In this document: positions 45,552 to 64,000 of the stretch, piece after piece
How positions within the stretch are numbered: the first letter of the stretch is position 1
Layout of the letters: the number at the start of each line of letters is the position of its first letter
Assembly (NCBI RefSeq): GCF_902459465.1
Contig: NC_047062.1
Coordinates: 18,972,001-19,036,000 of the forward strand
Reading direction: 5' to 3'
DNA from: Asterias rubens
Lineage: Eukaryota
DNA length: 64,000 nucleotides
Made by a program: the position numbers and the translations under genes
Notes under the pieces: generated by a model
Database searches by the model: none
Seen by the model: the letters and a program-made list of their open reading frames with translations, nothing else
Told to the model about the DNA's origin: nothing

Positions 45552-46136
45552 TGAAAATAGCGGTTTGCTGAGCTGACTACTTTGCCACTGAGTTGGTCAG
45601 TCACCAAGTATTAAGAAATAAACTTCACTTTATATTTAGAGTAGAATGATACAGAGCATCACTGTAACTAGTTTTTTTGTAATTTCCTAAGATTCGGGCA
45701 AGTTGTGTATAAAGGCAAAGTGGCATTTGTAAATAATTTATTTGATCAAATTAGATTTCTCCTGTTTTTTTTGGTTAAAATTCTTTCATCCTTTTTTTCT
45801 TTGAGCCACAAGTTGCCGATAAAGATCCTTTTTCTTTATTTCTGTCCTGTTGATTAATCCCGGTTTTGATACATTTTATTCTTTCATGATGCACTTATTT
45901 ATAATCATTGTTGATTTTGTTGAAACAAAATTCATCTGCAAATGAAAACAGCAACAGTTTTCATTTGATTTTGAAGCATTTGATACTACTTATACATATA
46001 ATACATTTGTACATTATGCATCTATAATTATTTCTAATATAAATAACAAAACTTGTTTTTGTTTTTTTCTCTTAATAAGTAAATTCTGGGGACAGAAATG
46101 ACTTAGCTGTTTACCGAGCATATGTTGCACTTGTTC

Positions 46137-46142
46137 AATAAA
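46137..46142 (+). terminator. Candidate distal poly(A) signal of MAP4K (would imply a ~6 kb 3' UTR)
   Basis: AATAAA followed by a U-rich downstream tract. Other AATAAA occur earlier (e.g. 41784), so usage is unproven. Confidence 0.3.
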
Positions 46143-47148
46143 ACATAGAAATTGAATCCCTTGTTTTCATTAGTTCTTTCTTGCAGTCTTTTTGCAGTCT
46201 TTTTAGTTTTTGTTATTGTTATTGATTGGTGTATATGCATAACTTTGAGAGAAAAAACACCACACCGTAAGATTTCCTCACTATAAGTAAATTATGCGAG
46301 GAAAATGTTATACCTTAGCAAAGTACTGCTTCGCCAATTTTGTTTGACACTCGACCAACTGTTGAGTGTTGAGTAGTGTGTGCCAGTCTGTTGGCCACTA
46401 CAATAGAGATGACTTTTCTATTAATATGCAGTCTTTCCATCTTCGAGGTGGTCGTCCTCTGAGACTCTCGAATTCTACTTAGGAGCAGTAGGTTGATGGC
46501 ATTCTCTGATTGAGGCCAACGTAGCATAGCTTTGTGATACTCTGTGTTACCCTGTGATACCATGGATCCATGGCGATACAGAGTTATCTCCCCGTCTGGG
46601 GTTTATGTATGGTATTCTGATCTTGTCAAGTATGGATTGTGACCATTATATTTTTCTGAGGTACATCAATTCTTATTATGAGCAGTCTTTTTTATCCTCG
46701 GTCTCTTTCTCTGGTCCACTTACTCACTATGAACATAAGTTTGTTCACCAAACAATTTTATTTACTATTAGTAAGCAGGGCCATGTCATGATCAGTGTTT
46801 CTGATGAGAGCCCTTTCATTTTGTTGCTTTTTTGTGCCAATATTTTTTAACCTTCAAGAACTTCTTTATCTGCATGGCGGAGGGAAGTTAATTGGACAAT
46901 ATTTATTGCAGTGTATTCCTTTAAAATCAGACGACCAAAAAAGTGTGTAGATTCCTTAAAAGTTCAATTCATAAGAAGTAAATAAACTTACATTGTGTTT
47001 AGAGAGGGGGGAGGGGCTTTTTGGTAGATAAGTAACAACATAAGAACAATGGTGATAAACACTTTTATACGCCCAAAATTCTTCCTCCATGGTTGAACCA
47101 ATGAAAATTAATGATTGTTTATGACAAAAGTAAGTCCAAAATCATATG

Positions 47149-47162
47149 GCGCCCCCTTTTGG
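47149..47162 (-). promoter_or_regulatory. CTCF-like motif between MAP4K and CDKL1
   Basis: CCAAAAGGGGGCGC (2 mismatches to the core). Confidence 0.35.
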
Positions 47163-47742
47163 TCAACCACGAGGCCTTTGAATAGAATTTAGCGCGCGTG
47201 TTCTCTCTAGCAAAGCAAACTCCGCAGTTTTAGCCCCAATCATAATGATGTAGTTTCATCCGTATTGTCTGTCTTATTGCCTTTGTCATGCCCTTAATTA
47301 ATTGTGTCTTAATCATAATTAAATACATTAAAGAAGTTTCATTACACATTGTTATTATTTGTAAACATACAAAGGTTGACTGGTTTCCAAGGATATGGTG
47401 ATTTGCATATACTTGACCCGGAAAACCCATCAGCTTTCATCATGCCGCGGTACGGTCGCCCCATGCGTGGTATGTATAGCGCACATCAGCAGTGTGAATA
47501 TCACTCACAAGGAAAAGTAGTCCCATGTAAACAAATTCCAACAACCCTGTTTATTTGAAGATATTTTACTCTTAGGAATGCGGGAACTTGCACAGATAAC
47601 AGAATTAAAAGTGGTATTAAAATCCTTCATAAATGAGTCTTAATATGGGTCTTTATTGAATCGTGCAGTTTCTGAACAAAACAATAACACGAAAAGGGGG
47701 ACCTATGGCGGATTAATCTCAGATTAATTATGTAAATTTCAG

Positions 47743-47895
47743 GTGTCATGGCTGCCATCACACTGATATCGGACTAGACGGTAGAACCATATAGAGTAAG
47801 AACAACGACGATCACGAATGTTGTCTTAAGTGTTAACATAAAGCTTTATTCTACGAATATTTCATCAATTGAGTGCTGAAAATGGGGTTCGTCTG
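47743..47895 (+). other. Candidate non-coding 5' exon of CDKL1
   Basis: Strong donor CTG|GTAAGC at 47896 in a locally CpG-enriched region; left boundary uncertain. Confidence 0.3.
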
Positions 47896-48168
47896 GTAAG
47901 CTTGAAATATACCGAGATCAAGTGTGCGTGTTTACAATGTGAACGATGTGGGAGCGTTATTAAAATCTTGTATTATTGTATTTGTACAGTGTTACTAGTG
48001 TTAGTGTAGTTAGTTTAGAAGTCACCAGCGTAACGTTTACTCACTACGACACGAGAGTCGAGTACGATGTACGACCATGGAGGTAGAATATTTTTACTAT
48101 TTTAACCTATCCGCCGTGGCAGCAAAGTCGGTCAGCAGACCATGGAAGGTAGAAGGCAGTTGATGTGC

Positions 48169-48225
48169 TAGAGTTGCGATAACGTAACCCTCCTTGTCGG
48201 GAGAAGGGTTACGTTATCGCAACTA
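48169..48225. mobile_element. 57-bp hairpin mini-element flanked by a 9-10 bp direct repeat
   Basis: Perfect 20-bp stem agttgcgataacgtaaccct, 13-nt loop, TTGATGTGC(T) on both sides. Confidence 0.75.
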
Positions 48226-49125
48226 TTGATGTGCTCGAACTTGGAAATCCACAAAACTGCCGGGCTTGTTTGTGTAGCTTAACATTTGTACTGGACCAGA
48301 AACGTTGGTCGTGTTTAATGTTGTTTAATATTTATAAATAGATAATTTAATAAGGGAATCAATATGTGATGAAGAGGTTTTCAACTAGTGGTTTAATCCC
48401 AACGAGGCCTGGTTCTTGATTTTACCGAGACGAAGTCGAGGTAAATTATGATTCCCATTCATAAATAACACTTAATAGCCTACCTTTTCGGTCAAAAACG
48501 TCAACACTTTTTGGTCAAAAAGTAAAATGCAAACATTGTAATTGTTTAATGGTTTCTTTAAATACAACACCCCTCCAGCTATGAAATGGTAAGGCCCTCG
48601 GGTAAACAACTCCTTATAAGAAAATTGCTGAAAAGTCCTTCCTCGGAATTGAAAGTTAACTGACGTTTTTCGTTTTCACAAAGTTACACTTTCCTTTGCA
48701 TATGAACACTGCGCCTTGAACACCCAGCAGGGTGGATACGTGCGCATTACAAGTCTTATTATTATTATTATTATATGGATGAGCAATCTGGCATATGGGC
48801 ATGACTGAGTCCTTCCCTACTTCTAGAAAAAACGTGAGCCATATGATTGAAAGGGGTCTCATATTATTTTGGGCCCCCTAAACGCTATACGTTTTTAAAA
48901 TCTGTGTTTATAGGTGAAAGTGTTACGACCGTTACCCATCAATACTGAAGTTTTCTTGGTATTACATGACCAAAACTTTCCCCACACACTCTGACTCAAT
49001 ATATATTCATAGTGCTTGCATTTCCTTCAAGTTGAGTGAAATTAAAAATTAAAAAACATCGTCAAAAAAGTCAATTTTCTACTCGTTACTTAATGTTGTT
49101 TTTCTGTCGCATCGCACTTTTTTTC

Positions 49126-49368
49126 GGTGCGTTCAATAAGCTTCCCTGGGTCGACCCCGAAGTGCTCACACAGGTGAGCCCCTGACAAGAGCTAATGGAA
49201 CGATCACACTCACCCTCTCGTGGTGACGGCATGCACCTCAGGTCACCCCCAAGTGACCCACTCCATAAGCAGGGCACTAGGGGCTGACCCGGGTGAGCCC
49301 GGTCAAAGCTATTCGAACGTACCAGGGCAGACCGGGGTCGACCCAGGGAAGCTAATCGAACGCGCACC
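49126..49368. mobile_element. GC-rich MITE
   Basis: TIR ggtgcgttcaataagcttccctgggtcgacccc / ggggtcgacccagggaagctaatcgaacgcgcacc. Confidence 0.85.
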
Positions 49369-49651
49369 CAATATGTGCAAAGCTTTATGTTTTGGTCACC
49401 AAGTGCTGTACCCGCGGGCACCAGCCTACTAGATCGTCGACCTTCCGAGCTGTGGCCAAGTCTGACTAAACCATTCTGTAAAAGGGGTGTTGCAAGGCAG
49501 TGCGTGTGCTGTCCGTTTACAATGTCCGCCTTTCACGCGGCACTAAGCGTGCACACACTACTGCACTGCCTTGACAGTGTGCAACAACAAAAATGCTAAT
49601 CATGAAAGAACTTTTTTTTCTCGTTAAGCTGTATATTCAAGTTATATTTTA

Positions 49652-50174
49652 GGCAAAGTAAAATATATAACATGTTGCTCGTCCGGACTTTTTGAAAAAG
49701 TTGGTGAGGGATAGGACTAGTTAGGGAGGTCCTTTTTTTTTCAAGATGGCAACCATGTCTAAGATGGCCGCCATATTGTATTTGAAGATGGTGTTATGGT
49801 TTTATGAGTAGGCTATGTTCTGTATTTTATGTCCTCAAATTTTGTGTGTGTTTCTGTGTCCATTTTGATACATTGTTATTCTTTCCAAAGAGTTATTCTT
49901 GCTTTTGCACCAAAGTTATTTTGTGTGTGTGTGGCATCACGTCCATGGTGCAAAGAACTGTGGCATGCAAACGTGAAGGGCAAAACGTTTCAAAGTAACA
50001 AGTTTCTCATTATGCGTTGTGATAGCATTTTTTTGTAGGCCTACAAATAAGAAAGATGATGAAATTGCTCAATAAAATTGAAGGGTACATTTGAAACAAA
50101 TAACAAAAAAATCTGTGGGCCACCAAAATTGAGGCGAGCGGGGATGAGCAACATGTTATTTATTTTACTTGGCC
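49652..50174. mobile_element. ~520-bp MITE (GGC termini, TTA flanks; PIF/Harbinger-like); related element at 51808-52260
   Basis: TIR ggcaaagtaaaatatataacatgttgctcgtcc / ggatgagcaacatgttatttattttacttggcc. Confidence 0.8.
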
Positions 50175-51120
50175 TTAGGCCAAATAGTAAGGAAATTCCT
50201 TATCCGACTACCACAAATTTTAAAGTTCAGAATTACCATAGATGCTTATTTTACCCGTGATGTTTTTCGCTCATAATGAATGAAAAAGCAGCTGTTGAAT
50301 TTTGCATCTTTCCCAGGTCCTCTACCAGGACACTTCATACCTGGCCCAATTTCACTGCTTACCATAAGCAAAGAATTGGCGCTTGCGGAAGCAGGGAATT
50401 CTGCTCTGCACTCTTGTCAAGCGTATTTTATGGTTAAGCAGGTTACATGTATTTTGTCTTGTGCGCATGCATACTCCACATTGCTAAGCATTCCTCGCTT
50501 ACACAGCTAGCACAGGAATTCGGTGCTTGCTCTGCAAACTGTGGAGATTTGTGATCATAAGCGTGGAATTCGGTGGTAAGAGCCATAACATTGCATTCTC
50601 TGTGTCAGATAAATTAGGATCAGCAACTAGTTGGGATAATCATAACCCTCCATCCTCTCTCTGGTCTGCGACTTGTTTTTCCTTTGCTTTGCCCTTGAAC
50701 ATTTCCTTACTTGAACATGTTACATTTGTACAATTTCCCCCTTCCCAGACCCAATTATTTTTTAATATGCATCAGTGTTTTTTTTTTTATCCCATTCAGA
50801 TATGTGGTGAGTCAGCCAATTGGATTGGATACTATAGAAGTGTAGATGATGTGAGCAACATTGAACACCTATGAAGTACTTCAACAACAACAGAGCACTC
50901 CTTCTCAAGTGGTACAAACGGTACACATGATGACCTGACTTAACCCACGGCAAACAACAGAACCAGGCATCCTCACATTATGTTTTATGTTACTCAAGCC
51001 ATGGAGCCATGTAATTATACTTGAGAAAATATCAAAAAGACTATACATCATCAGAGTGCTTTTGTACTGAGCCCACTGCTCTACGGGTATTAAGCTGACT
51101 TCTTGAAAGCTTCTGAGTGA

Positions 51121-59115
<7,995 letters not shown>

Positions 59116-62100
59116 TAAATGGTGCTACAGTATGTAAATAAATGGTTCTTGTGATCCGAACATAGCTCTGCACACCTTGTAGAAGAAAAGAAAATATCAC
59201 TTTGAGCACTTAAAAAGTGCTAATAAGAATTCTGTAATACACACACAATAGCGTCAAGGAAGTTCAAATTACTTTGTCAAAAGTCAAATTGGTCAACATT
59301 CTCAGTAAGCTACGTGTATGACATGAATAGCATGTCATTTGATATAAATAGATGTGAAATAGCATGTTATTTGAAATTTGACTGGTCATGCTTCATGGGA
59401 ACACAAACAGTTAAATGTACAATTCTCCATTCATGCCATTAGCAGATGACGTGTTTGTATATATCCTGGCGTTGGTTGTCATAACTCTCCCCTCTGCCGG
59501 ATTAAAGTTGTCAGACCTTTGTATGAGAGTGAATTATGACATAGCAGGAACCACACTATTAGACTCACGCACCAGTGCCATTATACACAAGTCTTAAAAT
59601 ACCATTTTGCACATTTTTAGCAGTGCTCGGTTGTTTCACTGCAGCTCCCTGTAGCCTCTGTACATGGCTCTTGTCAGTATTTTTTCATACAAATTAAATT
59701 GAGTGACTTTTATTACCAGTTTGAAAAGCCCTTCCTTTATTTAAAGCGCATGTAGATTCAGCTGAAATACATAAAACAATTGCGGCTTAAATCTTCCTAA
59801 TATTTGGTAGTATACAACAGGGATGATATTCTTCCTACTTCAGTCTGTTTTCTGATTTTGTATCCCTTTTTTAAATAAAGCCTATACCGCGTGTATGTAC
59901 ATGTAGGTCAGCCCTTGTTCTACTTTTTCTCCAATGAGCAAATATCATGCCCAATACAATGACTTGCTGGTTTTGAGTGGATGCACAGTTTCAAATTCCA
60001 CAGCCGGAAGCGGGTGTTGCCATGTTACATAGATTGGGGGCACATTTGCACAGCTTTCATTGAATGTGTACATGATACTTTTGATGTACACGGCTTTGCT
60101 CTATAAAAGCTGGACACTGAAGTATTTGACATACCATAGAGCAAAGACCGTGTTTAGAAACCAGACAGCATTTTTAATTTCAACAACCCAACAAACACAA
60201 CCTCAGACATGGTCCTCTCCTGTGATTTTTTATATCACTGTGTTGACCCTCCTGCAATCCCTGTTTCAGTGCAAGCACTTTTTATTTATTTCATACATAT
60301 GCACTCACAACAAACCATGAACGAACAAAACAAAATTAGAGGACAAATCATATAAACCTTATCAAGAAACAATTAATAATTAGTTAATTAATTAAAAGTG
60401 ATGTCAATATGATGATTGTCTAAAAATAGCACATAGGTCCCTATATGAAAAAAAGGCATTGTCCACACCTAGACGTTCAAAGGTCAGTTAAGTTTTACGT
60501 TTTAACAAAATTGGGAAAGCAAACATAACAACTGTGCAAAACTATTCAAATCTCCATCTCCTCAAAATTAAACTACACTTGTAAGACAAGAAAATAATCA
60601 CAACAAAAATGATTTAAGGATTTCTAGGTACTGCACAAATCCTTGTGAAGTCCTGTGCCGCAGTCAACATAGTCGAGGAGTGAACGAATGTTTAATTGTG
60701 TTTTCAATGATTTAACACGTTGCTATTTTAAGTTAGATTTGTGTGTGATCCCCCTTGCTTTTACTAATACTATAGTTCAAGTTTTCCACTACCGATCTCT
60801 GACTTGAAAATTTTCATCTTTTGGTTAATCACCAGTGTATTCCCCACGATGTGCAATAACAGTCAATATTTTGTTTGGTCACCATGGTAATTAATCAATA
60901 CATAAGTGAATGAACTTCAATTTTACAGTGGGATGCGTGGCCTTGACATTGTTGTTCGGTTATGGACCCATATTGTACATGCCTGGCTATATTCATAATA
61001 TTCAATTATTCAGTTATTTATGAGGTTGAAACACAAATATGTTACAATATGTGTTTTATTTCAATCAGATAAATTTTTGTTGGTAAGATCTGCTTTTTTT
61101 CTCTCACAGAGAAAAAATCCATTCTTGAAACTGTTGAATCAAATAATCCTTACAAATTATCCTTTTGATTTTCAAATAGGGGTCGTTTTGTGAGATTAAT
61201 AAAAATGAGCTTAGTTGAAATATTTAAAGTTTTATTTAAATGTTTTGAATGCATTAGGTACAGGAACATGTACACAACAGTAAACCTTGATACAATACCC
61301 ATGAACACATCTTTATTGAATGGAACTTGTGAGCAAATTAAATTGCCACTCTTAAGACTTACTTAAGTGTTTTGTATGTTGACACAATGCCTCTCTGCTA
61401 ATGCAGGTCACTAGTATACAGGCATGACATGCCAGGCTGACAGGTACATGTAGCCTGTCCAAAGCCTGGTGCTAATGGGGACTTAATGGACTTACACAAG
61501 GTCTTATTATGCTATTTTAGGATGGACATTTACATACTTGTTACTTGAGGAGAGCTCTGACAATTTGTGGCTTCACCCTTACACCGTACACCATGTACAC
61601 TCACTGACATGAAGATGATCACTCCCATTGTATTCAAACCCAACACCACTGTGTTTGAACCCAAGACCACTGTATTCTGCAGCAGACGCCCTAACTTTTG
61701 AACCACTGAGATACGAGAAAGGGCTAATGAAACAAAGAGGCCAATGTGAACTCACGTTATTAATATTAGCAATGTAAGGGTAAAACCAAAAGTAATGTTC
61801 TTGATACAAAATGCCCAATCGATCATCACATCAATTTAAACTGAACTTTGGTAACTTAGAAAGGGACACACATTGCCTTTAATTGGGCGCTTTGGTGTAG
61901 CCAAAAAGTTTGTTCTACAAAATGGCAGACTGTTTTTGTCCACACAGTGACAAGGCCCAGCAATATCCATTTTATAACAAACGTCAAATCACGTTATAAT
62001 CCAAGTCAATGTGTCCCTTTAAGTTAGAGCATTGAACCGAGTGGGAAACCAGACATTTTCAGTAACCTGGGGTGGATTTCACAAAGAGTTAGGAATAGTT

Positions 62101-63182
62101 TTATCTCGAGTTAGGACCAGTTACTCGTCCTAACTTAGGACTATCCATTCCTAAGTTAGGACTAGTCCTAACTCTTTGTGAAATCGACCCCAGGGCCCAA
62201 CTTTTATAAAGCAATGCATCATTTACAGAGGGCACCAGTAACAACAATGTGAATGACATGGCATTATGACCGGTGACCGGTAACTCATTATGACCGGTAT
62301 CAGCTTAGCAAACTGCAGCTTTATGAAATAGGGCCATTTGCGCAAGCTTTTATGCCATAATTGGCAGCACTTTTCTGTTTGCTTACCTATGGTATTGGGA
62401 TGCAAGAGCTGCTGCTACACGAGGGGTTATGGTCAACATATGACATTGCTTTAGAAATAAATTGGCAATTAAATAGTTCCTTATGTAACATTCATAGCAA
62501 TTACATGTACACGCAGCTGTGTTCGTTTCAATACCAAGATGTATGCAATGTATCTGCAAGGCTAATTATTTTTGCATAACATTAACATTTATGTGTTATA
62601 AAAGCATACCGGGTCACCTACAAAAATCCAGTGTGCACTGTATTCTTCTAAAAAACAGTTGTTATTAAGCCTAATTTGTTATAGTTTATTGTGTAGCATA
62701 CCTTTAAAGTTATTTGTTCGTTTGCAGAGGGCACCATTTTTAAGGGTGCAATTTGTTGAATAATACATGATAAGAATCTTGGAATTGTTTTCGAAAACCC
62801 ACAAATTGATTTGGTGCACTTTTGAACAAAATATTAAAAGTGAAATGAGCTTTAAAAAAGTGTAAGTTTTTTTATATTTTGCAAATCCTTTAATTTTGAT
62901 GAACAGATGCTTTATGAGAGTTCACTACACCTTTGCATCATGTGTAGAATTGTAGCAGCCTTAAAGCTCCGTAAAATGTGTTCAGCCCAAAATTCCCTCA
63001 AGATCATGTTACAAATATATTCACTATCTAGAATTATTTTTGGACAGATGAGTGGGGTTTGTAAGATGAGATGTGGTTTCTGTAAACAACAAGTGCACAG
63101 TAGGCTCACTGTAGGCCTTGGCTTCATCCTTTCTATATTAACGGGCTTGCATTACACAATGCATCATATCATATCAGTCATG

Positions 63183-63196
63183 GTTGCTATGGCAAC
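63183..63196. promoter_or_regulatory. RFX X-box
   Basis: GTTGCTATGGCAAC is a canonical 14-bp X-box, inside a CDKL-family (ciliary kinase) gene. Confidence 0.55.
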
Positions 63197-64000
63197 AACC
63201 AAACACTGCTCACAACACAGGGTTTTTTAATCAATATTGGACCATTCATAACAACAGGATGTATGTATAGTAGTAGTAAACCTGTAGCTGCTAGCTGCTT
63301 GTTGGCACTCACTCTCCCTGGCCCTCCTCCTGCCCCCCCCCCCCCAATATATATTAATAATAATAATAACCACAAAAATTATACCTTTAAAAATAGAATA
63401 TTATTTAAAAATAGAATATTATTTAAAAATAATTTACATTCAGTGATCTTCGTTATACACCAGTGTTTACACAGGAATTTCATATTGAAACAATATGTTT
63501 AGTGATTTAGTGTCTGATCCCTAATTACCAGGAAAGTAAATAGATAATTTGAAGGCCGGAAATCCATGTGTCCATCATGCGCCATGCGAAATGTGCAGTG
63601 GTCAATGCGTATAAATTTAAGGACACGCCATGCATTATAGCTGTAATGTGTACTGTGAATATCCGTACGAATGATGTGCATTGCTTCATGGTAGTATTTT
63701 ATAAATTAGACGTGACATACTGTACTACATGCATGTTGCTCTAGCTACCGGGCAATCTTGGTAGTCGAGTTGGTAAGACACTGCTCTAGAATTGCAAGGG
63801 TCGTGGGTTCGAATCCCACCCAGGTAATATGCCTGTGATATTTTTTCGCAAGACTCGGGAAAGTACCGAGTATACAGTGCTAACACACATCGGTGTATGG
63901 GTAAAAACCAAAATTAATATTGCTCAAGCAACTTAATAAGATTTTCTCTATGTAGGGGCCTATATTCCTTACATAATTAGGATGCAGCAAATTGTTGTGT

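Noticed and set aside
49741-49800. Clustered YY1-like AAGATGGC motifs as the CDKL promoter
   Set aside because: They lie inside the 49652-50174 MITE and recur in the related element at 51808-52260.
61615-61690. Three imperfect ~21-bp direct repeats (ccactgtRttYRaacccaa)
   Set aside because: An ordinary degenerate minisatellite with no further structure.
63750-63830. tRNA gene candidates (also ~15090, ~19100, ~19490)
   Set aside because: A/B boxes are present, but acceptor and anticodon stems do not pair properly and the flanks are shared repeat sequence; these are SINE-like heads.

Overview
AT-rich, intron- and repeat-rich eukaryotic DNA. The gene architecture and repeat landscape suggest an invertebrate deuterostome, most likely a sea star (inference). 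Two protein-kinase genes lie in tandem on the + strand. (1) A GCK-I/MAP4K gene (MAP4K3/5-like, kinase + proline-rich linker + CNH domain): I could assemble 23 coding exons by hand from 8207 to the stop at 40095 (2643 nt, frame consistent throughout); the first coding exon lies upstream of the window. (2) A CDKL1-like gene: start codon at 51142, four canonical coding exons to 58870 plus a probable 33-nt in-frame cassette exon; the rest lies beyond the window. Introns are packed with non-autonomous DNA transposons (TTAA/Kolobok-type, Harbinger-type, hAT-like), tRNA-derived SINEs and L2 remnants. At the left end is a 2.17-kb fold-back element overlapped by an apparently identical 1464-bp tandem duplication. 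There are no prokaryotic systems, CRISPR arrays, rRNA genes or convincing tRNA genes. The most interesting observations are: the extra CDKL kinase-domain mini-exon; two independent TTAA-transposon insertions sitting exactly on putative branch points (same -24 offset); several odd splice signals (two GC donors, a GTTCAA donor, a recursive-type AG|GTAAG site); the MAP4K->CDKL gene order shared with vertebrates; and the fold-back-associated duplication. All coordinates were counted by hand.
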